Made by a program: the position numbers and the translations under genes
Part shown: positions 40,546 through 52,552 of the stretch, one piece after another
How the letters are laid out: every line of letters starts with the position of its first letter
How positions within the stretch are numbered: position 1 is the first letter of the stretch
The notes under the pieces: generated by a model
Databases searched by the model: none
What the model saw: only the letters and a program-made list of their open reading frames with translations
Told to the model about the DNA's origin: nothing
Origin: Balanoglossus misakiensis
Taxonomy: Eukaryota > Animalia > Hemichordata
Length of the DNA stretch: 64,000 nucleotides
Direction: 5' to 3'
Assembly (NCBI GenBank): GCA_040954595.2
Contig: CM082593.2
Location: forward strand, 714,759 to 778,758

Positions 40546-43500
40546 ATAAGACCATGTCTCTAATTGCTTCGTAGTTTGAATAATATCATTCAAGGTTTGA
40601 CTGAAAGTTCGAGGGATTTAGTTTTTCTTAAAGTGTAACCCCAAGCTGTAACTTTCCTTTAATTTGAAACATAAAATATGCAAGAGAGAGTTCAAGTAAT
40701 AAGTGTCAGGGAGGGGAATTGTACGGTGGCCCGAAGCCGACACAATATTTGATCGGCGTAATTTCCCTAGGTAGCAAAATATTTACATGAGTAAAGCTGA
40801 CTGAATCTGCAACACTGAAGTTTCCTGAAACTTCTGTTGAAATTGTTAAGCTGCATTGAGTTCGTGTAGTCTGCTAGTGCAGCAGTGGTTGTTTGAATAA
40901 AACAACAATAAAAAATTTCAGCAAGCCATAGGTGGGTCTCTGCACAGAGAGTCTAGCCCCGGGGGTGCTGCATCACAACGCCTTTTGCAGAATTCATAAA
41001 TTTTATGAACTGGCTTGTCAGTAAAGATCTCCACATAGCTGGAGGGAGTGGGACCAGAACATCATTTGCTATGGTGCATCTTTGAATAATAAGATATCCT
41101 TTTTCTGTTGTGATGATTAAAATCAAGGTTTGGTTGTATTCTTCCATGAGTAGCATCTGCAGTCACTTGCAAATTCTAGATCTGCTTCGATGTGTCACCC
41201 TTCAGTAACAATGAGTAAGGGTTTTGGGCAATCAGGGTTTCTGATCATGTAAGCTGTCTTGGTATCTCTGTCAATTTATTTGATTAGGTAGGTTTGGACT
41301 GAGCTGGACCTAATTTAAGAGTCCCCCTCTATTTGTGTATTCATCAGACCTTTATCCCTCGTGTTATTACTTCGTTATCTGACGCAGACCTGAATGTGCC
41401 GATGGTGAGTTATCCTCCCGGGACGCATCTTTTCCACAAGGCTGCATCCGTTGGTGCCAGCCATCTCCTCACGCGATGATATGTGCCTTATTCACTTTCC
41501 CGACCCGCCTTTCCCTGATGATGAATCCAGAGAGAAGTTGGATTCCCCGGGGAATCAATCAGCGATGACACTTGCCTCCACAATTACCCATCAGCGGAGT
41601 AAACAAACGGAGACATCTGAAGTCAATGAGGACAACCTCTGCCAGACACAGCAGTTAGACTTCTTAAATGGTTAACTGTTTAAACAGCTATTTAAACTGG
41701 TAGGAGCCGAGTCTGTGTGTGACATCTTGGAGTGAAAGGAGCAATTGAAGTTGCTTTTGAATTCCTTGGAAGACACGATCACCACTTCTGACCACTTTCT
41801 TCAGTTCAATACTCTACACATCGATCTCTCACGCATCTAGCAAAAAAAATCGAGCTCCTAATAGGAGTAACTTTTGCCAAACATTTTAACTCTTGATTTC
41901 AAGAAAACTTTACTCAGTGTACTTGGAAGTCTACTTGTGAATGCAAAGCCTGTTCTTTTCCGCAAACTGTGAACAATTCAGAAATCAACCTTTTAGGATT
42001 CAACCTTTTGAGTGAAAAATGAAAGTATTTAATGACAAGACCCACACAAAGGTTGAACTTATCCAAACATTGATTCAGTATTAGCAGTACGTGGACAGCT
42101 TCTTGTTTCTGCGATTTAGGAGTTTGTTCAGTGGAACTGTTTGTATTGTTAATTTTTGATTTTGAGATTCTGATTCAAGGCATGTGTGATTATTTAATTA
42201 CGGGGCATTGATATTCTGATTGTGTTTGTTTCATTTGGTGTGCCGATACATGTCACAGCGTTGGAGGAAATTGAAGAGTATTTACCCATGAAATCTAGCC
42301 CTGATGCATGCTGTCTTAAATAAACTCACTCCCATTAAAAACACTTAGATATGATGTGTGTGTTGCACCTGCTGTAGTGAATAGCCCAGGCGGGAAAAAT
42401 GTGTAAGAATTAGAGTTTGAAATGAAAGTAAAGCTTTTTTGCAAGGGTTGCCATTGAATGAAATCATTTGTAGTTTCTTTCAGTTTCAACTTCAGCCAAA
42501 GTAATTGCATTTATTGTACAGCGTTTCGTTTTCAATGGGCATAGCTGTACATCACTGATGACATTGTTTGCATGATGAAAAGGTGTCTACTCCGTGAAAG
42601 CACTGGCTGGAAACTGTTACAGTTTTTTTAGAACCCGTAGCTGGGGACATCTCCAGGATATGTGTAATTGAATGAAATAAATGTGTGAATATTCAACGTT
42701 GAACATCAAAAAGTGGGGACCATATCAAATGCAGTGACCTGGCGTCATTGAGTCTACTGGAGTGAAAAACTCGCTCTGAATGACTGTCTCCATGTGAAAA
42801 ACGATCAGCTATAAAGGAAGGAACCACTGGTTTGCCCAGTTTCTCTTTGCCTTTTAATCTTATTTTTGTGAAATAACTAGTTCCATTGAATCCATTGCAG
42901 TCGTAATATGGCTCCATTGTGTAGAGAACAAATGACGTCCTGTTTTGTAGAATATTTTTCTCTTTAATGGCTTGCTGTAGCTGACATGTTCTGAACACTG
43001 AGTTCCTAATGCATTGAAGTGAGATATCAGGTCAGTTTATAGGGCTGTGAAGAAAGTTCATATTATATTTAAAGAATGATGAATTCCTTTGTGCCACAAT
43101 ATAATAAGTAGTGCGTAGTTACACTGCAGTACTCCTAATGGTATACATTCACATTGACTAAATGGTTAATAATAATCGCACACTTTGATGTTTCTACGAA
43201 AAGCAAATACGTCACCATACATTACTTGTAATATTCTTTATTAGGTACATTTGACTGTTCAAATCAAATTCACGGGTAATTAAACTAGCAAATATGTCAA
43301 ATCAATGATTGAATCAGTAAATGAAGAATAATTAAGGTAATTAATGTAGAAATGACAGGATGACTCAAATATGAAAACAAATGAGTTAATTAATAGAAGT
43401 GAATCACGTAAAATTATGTGGAGAAATTGATTTTTGATTAAGTTTGAGTGCGGCTATGTCTGGACGGAAATTATCACCAGTTTGTTAGCTGCAAATGACA

Positions 43501-43988
43501 ACATTCAGTTGAGGCTCAGATCTTGGCATGTTGAATAAAACTGGTCTTCTCTGGGTTGCATGAATGCACAGACTAAAGATTTCAACTGCACTTTGTGAAA
43601 AACATGACTTAATGCAGATATATTCCAATTGTATTGCTCCCAGCGGTGTTCGACTTCCATCACAGATAAGAACTTTACAGGCAATTTATTGATTGCCAAT
43701 TGCTGTGTCTCAGAGCATGCTGTGCTGTGCGATATGTAAAATCAGTCGACTGCAGACTCTTCCCTGAAGCTGGGAAGATGTCACAGCGCCTCCTACAGAC
43801 TTAAACCGAAAAACATAGACAAGCGCCCTCCACAGACTAAAATGAAAACTAAGAAACTCCTGAACTCCCATTTACTTGTGATTGTCAGACTTTCCCGGAT
43901 CTCCACAGGTCTTATTCTGTCATTGCAAACAAAGAAATAACCAGCTCAGACTCTAACAATTTCTTGTTTGTTTGGTTGACTTTTACAG

Positions 43989-46615
43989 GTGATGTGGAGC
44001 CCATAGAATTCACACCAGTACCCCAGTCACAGTTTGTACCCTTGACAGAAGTACTGTGTCTAATCATCGCCGAGTTGAATAAAAGGAAAGTGACAGCCAC
44101 TGTGGAGAAAATACGCAGCAAACTAACAGACTGTTATGGCGATGTGAAACTGCCCAGTGAAGAAATACTCAGAAAGTCTTTTGCTCATTTGATAAAAGAA
44201 CAGAAGATTTGCCACACTGGAGATGGATATTTCATCGTCACTCCGGAAGATTTCCTGTATTTGCGAGAATGCAGTGAAGAAGCAACGTCCCTGGCAGATG
44301 CTGTCAGCACGACGAGTCCACAAACCAGTCCGTCTGTTAGTGGTGGGGATAGTCGACCGACCAAGAACCACAAAACTGGGCGATACAGTGTCCATGGAGG
44401 CGTAGCAACAAATAAAGGAACACAGACACGCAAAGATGGACCGTCCCCAAGATCCAAATCATTGCCACCATCACTGTCAGTACGAGAAGCACAAAATGGC
44501 ACTGGTGCACCGTCTCGCAGCAGATCTGTTTCCCTCCAGAGAAGCAACTCCCTCCGGGAAAAGAAAGGTCAGACAAAAGGGAACTTTCAGAGATCTGGAT
44601 CCATGCGTGCTCCTTCTCGCACGACGGGAACGCAAATGTCGAATGTTGGCTCCGACTCAGAAGCTTCGAGAGTGGCCGACAACTGCGGGAATGCCTTTGG
44701 ATTTGGCAAACTGTTCCGGAAAAGTTTTGGGAAGAAGGGAAAGAAGATTGAAGATAAGAGAGAACGGGAAAGGGAAAAAGACAAAGATAGGGACAGAGAG
44801 AAGGAAAAAATTGATGGAAAAGACAAGGAGAGGAAGATTGTTGAGCTGCATAATTACTCTGCGCAGTTTCCACCGGAGAATATGCCTCAGATTTTACTGG
44901 AAATGAAACAGAAAGCATCTGCTGTTAAGAGTGACAAGTCTGGTTTGAACCGCATCGAGACAAATGTGAAAAGCAGTCCCAAGAAAGACAGGGTGGTGAT
45001 CAGTAACACCGTTGAACACATCCCTGGTCCTTCAGCTCCTAAGGAAAAAAAACATAAAGTTTACAGGAAGAAGGATGATGCTGACCCACTCCCTGAGAGT
45101 GAAGCAGAATTTATTTTACCCACAAAAATGTACGATGAGAAATGTCGGACAAAAGCTGTATCAGAGCAATTACGAAAACAATATTCCAAGAAACACAAAG
45201 AGAATCCCTGGAAATATCTGCGCGAGAAAGAGGGAGAAGCCTTGAAGAAGAATGGTGAAAAGGAAGTGTCTACTAACGGTGTTGCAAGCACGCGACCAAA
45301 ACGATCTGCGAAAGAGCGGCCAAAATCAGACCCGCGAGATATCCGGTTACGTAGCATACAACACCAACGCACTGCAGAGTATGTAAGTAAACTTCCTTCT
45401 GGAGGTGTAGATGGCAAAGCAGGCAAACATGCAGAGAATGAATTGTTTCAAGATGGAGTGGATTCCTCGGAGATGACAACCAGTGACAATAATCGTATTA
45501 TGTCGCATCGTGCAAGGACAAGTAAGAGTGGCCTGCAGTCGCCGAGAAGAGCCGCTGCAGATCATGATACGATTGATTCGTCTGATTTCACGACTGAAGA
45601 CGGACGAGAGCGTCACGTGCCACGTCGTTACCGGGCAATCAAACGAGATGCCGCTAAAATTATCCGCGATATCGAGTCTCGCGTTGATGATAGTACCGAC
45701 ACTTTTACGAGTGATCAAGATGATTATGTGCATCATCGCCACAGGCCAATGTCAGACACGTTCATGCTGGCTTCACATCTTGATAACAAAGATGCATCAA
45801 CTGGTATCGACACAGAAAACAACGACGATGAACGTGACTGTACAACTCCACCACTGATTGTGAATCACGACCTTCTGGATATGCCTCTCCCGGACGATTT
45901 CCAAGAACCTCACAACATTTCCGTCGATTCATCCGATACTCAAGCTCCTCCTTCCAGCCAGGAATATGACGAACATCCTCTCCGCTTGTCACCAATCAGA
46001 GAGAGTCAGGAATCGCAGTTGGATCGCGAGAGAGCGTCGCAGCAGTCCTTGGATTCTTCAAAAGCTTCAAAAGAAGCTCCGAAAGATTACATTGAACACG
46101 ATGAAGCACCCACTTTGAGTACTGATTCCACAACATCCACTATTGTCAGAAAGGAAATCAAGATGTCAGCCAAGGATTCTTGCCATCACCCGAGTGAAAG
46201 CTTTTCAAGTTCTGCGTGCGACAGTGGTTTCAACTCCCCTCGCGGGTCCATTGCTCTGAGTCGCCATAGCAACTCACCAGTGGAGCACATGACCTATGAG
46301 CAGTTGAGAGAGAAAAGACACAGCTACTGCATTCCAGAAGGGATTGAACTCAAAGACTTTGAACCTCAAAACGTCAAGACACATGTTCAGAAAACAAAAA
46401 ACGGCTCTGTGTTGGAAAAGGAGAGGCCCAGCCTGATACCGAAACTGAAGCACACCAACAATGGAGGAGCACCCCCTGTCCAGAACCAACCCTCTAAATC
46501 AGGGGGAAGCACTCCTGAGTCAACAGAGCGCGAAACAACCCAACTGCCAAAGGATTCCCCCCAGCATAAAGACATTGCACAGACCCGTCAACATGAAGCA
46601 CTTCGAGTGTTGTGA
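43989..46615 (+). CDS. STOX1: Storkhead-box protein, coding exon 2 (winged-helix storkhead domain plus long disordered C-terminal region)
   Basis: Acceptor ttttacAG|GT. Contains the storkhead winged helix (PVPQSQFVPLTEVLC...LIKEQKICHTGDGYFIVTP) and the STOX motifs YSAQFPPE and DSGFNSPR. Stop TGA at 46613-46615. Joined CDS is 2958 nt = 985 aa. Confidence 0.93.
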
Positions 46616-48009
46616 GTGACACCCCCTGGTCTACACATTCCTTTGAGGACTTTGGCGTCAGATTTAAGAAAACAGATAAAATGACTCTCCCTTGATACAG
46701 CGTTTGAGCTGACTTGAACACTTGCGAACAATTTAAGGTTTCTTGGGGAAGTGGTATAGCAGACATTCATGTTTTTGTAAATAAGGTGCTTTTCACTTGT
46801 TTCACTGTTTTAACCTTACAAGTACATTTGGTAGAATCAACAGTGTTTGTTGTAGACTTTTCATGTGTAGGATGTCCATCTGATCTGTGTTCTAGAATTT
46901 GAACTGAAAAGTTCACAGAAACTCGATAAGTTAGTGAGATATGTTGTTTACACAACTTTTGCTGTTGTTGAAATGTGCATTTGTCTGAATGCAGTGTCTA
47001 TTATAAAACAACCTTGAACTTTTGAAACCGTGGCAACCATCAAGGCTATGCATATAGATCTACTGCAATCTATCTGCACAAACAACAGTACATTATTGCA
47101 GAAATATTGCATTTAAAATAAGTAGCATGCTCTCATTGTTGATGAAAATGCAGAAATATTTTACTCATAAGATTTTTCTGACAAAAGTTTTTTGTGCTAC
47201 AGAGATTTTTACATTGAATTCAGCTGAGCTTTTAAAAAGTTGACCAGATCTAATAAGTACGAAGTTTGTCATCATATAGTAGTAGAAATTGTGAATGTTA
47301 TCATAAGATTAAGCCAGTGTTGATATTTTTCACAGCAGATGTGACTTTGCTTATTAAGTATTTCAAAAATATTTTAAAAGACAAAAATGATATGTGAATA
47401 TTTTGTTCATAGTTTTAACTGAAGTCTGACAAAAGAGGACTGCTTCATGGTTTGTTTATTTTTATGCTGAATGAAGAGATTGCAACACACCAGATTTTGT
47501 GGAAGAATTTCATGTAGTAAAGTTTTCCCTGTTTTATGTTATTTTTTCCTTGCTCAGGGCAGTTTGATTTGCACTTTTTCCCTTACCTTACCCCGATCAA
47601 TGTCTTTTCTGTCCATCGGTCCATTACAATTTTATTTCTGTCCATTATTGTTGATTTCAAGCAGACCATGTCAGAGGCAATATAAAATAATCTGCTCAGT
47701 GTTTTCTAGTCTCTATTTTGTCAGTCTGTGTCTATTGCCATCCTTTCTGCCAGCCACCCCTGTATTTCCAGTATTTATAGAACGGTCTTATTGATGATGA
47801 GATGTTACATTGTTGTAGAAGGGGTGGACAGCCACTGTGTGTGTATATATATATAAAGCCTTATTTCAGTTTTTAGCATCACAAATGGAGGATCTTTTTT
47901 CATGTAATTGAGACAACTGATGAGATATTTCCAGCCATTTGTGCCTGAAAACAAATCCTTGAATGAAAAGGCAATTTTTAAACGTGTTCTTTTTTTATTT
48001 AATAGACAT

Positions 48010-48856
48010 AATAAATACATTTCATAAAAGTTAGATACACAAGCATGTGAGAAATTGTAGCTTTGAAGTAGTCTATGAACACTGTACTCTTTGATTTTTT
48101 TTTCAAGCAGAGCTTTTTGACATGAAAGAAATTAAGCTTTGGATATGTGTGCTAATTAAGATAGAAAAAATGACAGGACTTTACACAGCTGATGTAGGAT
48201 TTTAACTGACCTGCAAATTCTTGAAATGTAAAGATGAAGCTTATGAATGATGACTGAATCATGGTGATGATCAGATTAATGCTTTTTAAATGTTTTCAAA
48301 GTCACTGTTGGCTGTCTTTTTGATGACTTCGTCTTTAGTAGAATAGTTCTCTCAAAACAATAAAAGGTATGAAGATTTAATACTGTGTCTTAGATTATTA
48401 CTGCCTTGTAAATATACTTTTGTAGATGGAGCTCATTTTTGGAATTTCTCGCATTTTGATTTGTGGGAAAAATGTTTGCAGTTCTTGAGTTACTCATGTG
48501 GGATGGTGATTTGGCTTTGTCTGGGTGCTGAAATCTTGGCTGATCAATTTGGTGCTGTAGGTCTCGGATTTAAATCCAAGTTGGTACCCCATCAAACCAG
48601 ATCATGAAATATTCAAATAAACACACTTGTTTGGAAATTCAGACGTGATTATAAAGTTTCCAGAAGCTCCATAATCTATCGTTGAGGGCGTGCTATAAGC
48701 TTGCTGGAGAGGGCGTGGTATGAATCCTACACCCAGCAAAGTTTGTCTTATTTGAATCTTTCCAGCCTGTTTTATTTTATTGTCGAAGCATGTTTGATCA
48801 GTGTAACAGCTTGCTGTATCTCGTATTTTGTAAAATTGCCTGACTGCATTAATAAA
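48010..48856 (+). terminator. cluster of candidate STOX polyadenylation signals
   Basis: AATAAA at 48010, 48359, 48616 and 48851 after a T-rich UTR-like tract. Which one is used cannot be determined from sequence. Confidence 0.35.
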
Positions 48857-49989
48857 GCAGAATTATGTTTCAAAGCAACAGAGTAGTTGACATGGTTATT
48901 CCATGCACAGTTAAATCTTTCTATACCGAACCCAGTGTAAAGCAGAAACGTGTATTCTGAATGCTTGTTGTACTTGAGATACTTAGTTTTAAAAGACCCA
49001 CTGAATAGATTGTCTGTCTCTTTGGAGTCCGGTTTAGAAAAGGTTGACTGTGTCTGAGTGTGGAAATGTGAAGTGTATGCTGGTCGTACACACTGTTGGA
49101 AAATCCTAGAATTATCAACTACTGGAAAGCCCTGAAAACAATGGCATTTACTCTCCTGAAAAGTCCCGCAAAATTGACCCTAATAGCTGTTTTTTTTTAA
49201 TCTGTAAGTGTACGTAATAAGTTGATGCAGAAGGGTGTAGTTAGTTTTGAAACTTGTTACATAAAAGTTAGCTGAAAGTTCCTAAAAATAACATTAAATG
49301 CATAAATTGGTACGAGGAGTTGCTAGAATTATAATAAGCGGTGACGTGTCCAAGCCTGCAGCTTGATAATTTGCATATTAGAAATCGTATCTGATTGGTT
49401 GATAAGAGTGAACAGGTGTTCGCAGATTTCCACTTGGAGCATGCTCGTTGCATTTTGTTGGAGAACTCGGACAAGCCACATCGTTTTGGGGTCACTCTGC
49501 GTCGAGTCCTTCACGATGACGGGATCCGCATGACATGGTCGACTTATCCTCTTTCCGGCAAGTTGTATTTTCTCCTCCCTGTTGGCCAAAACAACCTGTT
49601 CAACGTTGCCAGATATCATGAATTCTGAACATTTGCAAAGCTGCTTGGGGAGCCACTACGTAGAGGACGGACCTTGGATGGACCAGAGAAACACTTTGAA
49701 TATAATTCAAGATGTCCGAACAGGTAAGCACTCGTTCATGTTGCCCGGAAAACGTAGTAATCTCGACAACGCACGTGCACGATCGGCCAATAGCGCTGGC
49801 GCGCCCGCACACGTCCGACTATTTCCCTGTCGCTTGTTGCCGACATTTTGCCAAGTTTTATCTGAACAACAGTGACGTTTAGACTTAGAGCCACTATTAA
49901 ATAGCACCAAAACTTTGTAGTTAAATGTGTATGTGTTACATTGATAAAAACTGACACACTTCTCTGATATGTGATGATGTACAGAAGAA

Positions 49990-49995
49990 TTTATT
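49990..49995 (-). terminator. candidate distal polyadenylation signal of the NWD-like gene
   Basis: Minus-strand AATAAA followed about 30 nt later by GTGTGTCAGTTTTT (GU/U-rich downstream element). The region from here to 52552 is T-rich on the minus strand, as in a 3' UTR. Proximal alternatives at 52171 and 52459. Confidence 0.4.
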
Positions 49996-52290
49996 GCACA
50001 ATATAAGTTATGAGGCAGTGGACATCTTGAAAAGTTACGGAAAGTACTCAAGCCTTTTTCTCTAAAGAAGGAAACATTAATTTACAGTTGATCTATTTAT
50101 AAGAAATGCATTAAAATATTGTAGAAATTAAAATCTGCACAAACCAAGAGTCTTTGACCGATACATAGATTTGTAAATCTCTGTACTGACACGAGAGGGT
50201 GCTCTACATTTTTTATGCCTTCAGGTGATCCGTTTCTGTCATTTCTAATCGTGTACAATTCCGTCATAACATAAAAAAACCGGTACAATGTCAGAGCAGA
50301 ACTGTTACATGCGCAGAAATTTACAAATTGCTTTGACAAGGATAACAGCTGCAATTTCTGCTGTTTAGGGTTTTTTTTAGTGTCGTTTGTATTTGCTACT
50401 TTTCACACACAAAAAATGAGGTTACCATTGATTAAACAAAGCTTGGTGCTCTTGACAAATCAGGGGTTTCAATATACTATAACAGAATAAGGAGAAAGAG
50501 AGAGAGCGTACAGAACTAAAGTAAAAAATCTAAAAATGTTCATATATTCACAATATTGCAGACTGATAGGAGAATGCACAAACAAATCTTCAGTGGCAAT
50601 CAACTGCACGTAATTTTCAGCACTTTGTTCTGTGCCTTTGTAAAAGGGATTTTACTGCAACCTTATATATATGGTGGTTCTCTTTTTTGTGTGGTCCCAA
50701 GTGAAAATCTATTTTGATTGGCATCTGTGTCTTCATACTGATTTGCGATAACAGCACAAAAAATGATCCACCGGTCGATCCAAAGATTTCCAAAATGGCG
50801 GCACGAGCACATTCATTGTGTTTGGAGACACTAACTTTTTTACCCTTTTTTCGTGCTTTCTTTGTGCTCACTCGGGGCGGTCATTTTTAAGCGAACACAA
50901 TTAACAGCTGTGGCATAACTACACGAAACTGACAGGGACAACTGGCCCATTTCTGCATAGATAAATAATATACAGATCCATAAAGAGGTGGCTCTTACAG
51001 TATTTTGCAAAATGCTGTAAAAAGTGTTGCAGTGTGGGTCTTCTTCAATGATTAAAGTGGCACTTGCACGCTGTAAATATTCAGCTCACTGTATATAGCT
51101 CCAAGAGTAGCATAAAAACGGACACAAACTGGTAAAAAGTTTTGAAGTTTGTATTTTGTTGGTCGGTCTGAAACCCTTTTCCCAACGGTCAAACATTCAT
51201 ATTCCACACTAGTACACATGAATAATAATCTGATTGGAGCATGTAATTTCCATGTAATTAATGACTGTATGCTGTTACCCTCATGACCAGTCAATATGTG
51301 TATACTGTTGCATGCTGTCTGTCTGTCCAGATTTGATGTATTCAGAGAGGGGATTGTCTGTGTCTGGATTGTCACCTGCTTTTGTTGGTGTCGTGCAGGT
51401 GGCACTGAATTCACAAACGGTGATTGTTCTACCAAACAGGCAATGAGACTTTAATACCAGGCTACTGCTCAGACCACAATGAAGACTGATTTGTCATGAC
51501 TGTTGATCAATTTGCAAACGAAAAAATGTTTTGATAAAATGAACATAAAAACCTATAGGAGCAAAACTTCACAACCATACAAAAATTTACATATTTGAAG
51601 GAAACACCAAAACATCATGAAAATGTAGTTTCCAGTCTATGATTTATAGAGGTCAACTGGTGACTCTTTTAAATTGTCAGGAAAATCATGATTATCATAC
51701 ATAGATCATGAACAATAATTTCTATACAACATCTACACTGTACATGTAATGGATAAAGTTATTAGACGGATGATCCCACAAATGACAGATACAATTCACC
51801 AGAAAGATAGCTAAATATTTTCCAATGCAAGAAGTTTCATAGAGTGCATTGTTTGCAGAATTATAATACAGTATATTTCCTTGTCTGTTACACAGTGTAA
51901 ATGATCTTTTATGAGTACCAAACTTTTTCTGTAAAACAATTTCTATTTTACATTTTTACTGATTAGAATAGGGGATTAAGTTTCATAATATTCAAAATTT
52001 ATAGAGAAATATCCAGTCAGAATAGGTGGTGAACATTATCAAGCTAATTGTCATGAACTTGAAGATAAGAAATCTCAATTATTACTATTAGCGATTATTA
52101 CCAAGAGGAACCAGAGAAAGTGACAATGAGACACAGAAATATTATTTTGTACATATGCATAACATTGAGGTTTATTTGGAAACCAGTGATACTAGTATTT
52201 TTTGTTTTTATTTAGCCTGTGACACAGATGGCAAACTTACAAGGTTCAAGTTTTGTGATGACATAAGCCCACATTTCTTGACATCTGTCA

Positions 52291-52375
52291 CCCTTTCACC
52301 ACAGTGGTTCAGTCCAAACCCATTGTTTTCTATGGTACGGTTGGACCTCTAAAGAGGGAACTAGGGGTGAAAGGG
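52291..52375. mobile_element. 85-bp MITE (CCCTTTCACC...GGTGAAAGGG), piggyBac-like ends
   Basis: Perfect 10-bp terminal inverted repeat. The core CCATTGTTTTCTAT..GGTTGGACCTCTA.AGAGGGAACT is shared with copies at 53407-53505 (inverted) and 58290-58383. Confidence 0.75.
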
Positions 52376-52552
52376 ATAACTATTCATGCAGAGAAGTTGT
52401 AAATTTTGATACAAGACATTCATGTCAGATTCACTAATTGTGCTATAAGGCAAAAATATTTATTATTATTTAATAACACCATCTACAAAATGTCACTGGT
52501 GTGGAAAATTGCAGATATGGAAATTTGCTCTGAAAAGTTTAAAAACATCTCT

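Larger units (their letters stand above)
4614..43988 (+). other. 39,375-bp phase-1 intron of the STOX gene
   Basis: GTAAGT ... ttgacttttacAG. Joining gives ...IIKQL-G-DVEPIEFTPVPQSQFVPL, restoring the continuous conserved STOX sequence with no missing block. Confidence 0.85.

Noticed and set aside
43460-43485. TGGACGGA match to the 5' end of miR-184
   Set aside because: Only the first 8 nt match, the remainder diverges, and no precursor hairpin is evident. I recognised no other conserved miRNA, tRNA or snRNA by eye, though a covariance-model search was not possible.
4761-43700. Dozens of 60-130 aa ORFs in the STOX intron as a possible nested gene
   Set aside because: Many start at TTG/GTG, their composition is typical of random AT-rich DNA, none has a domain motif, and I found no phase-consistent exon chain.
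43912-46770. Numerous antisense and alternative-frame ORFs overlapping STOX exon 2 (e.g. 44337..44918 -, 44436..44906 +)
   Set aside because: Shadow ORFs of a long, GC-richer coding exon, with no recognisable motifs.
50791-50802. YY1-type motif CAAAATGGCGGC (related reverse motif at 32287-32298)
   Set aside because: Isolated motifs that commonly occur within interspersed repeats; there is no promoter context to support function.
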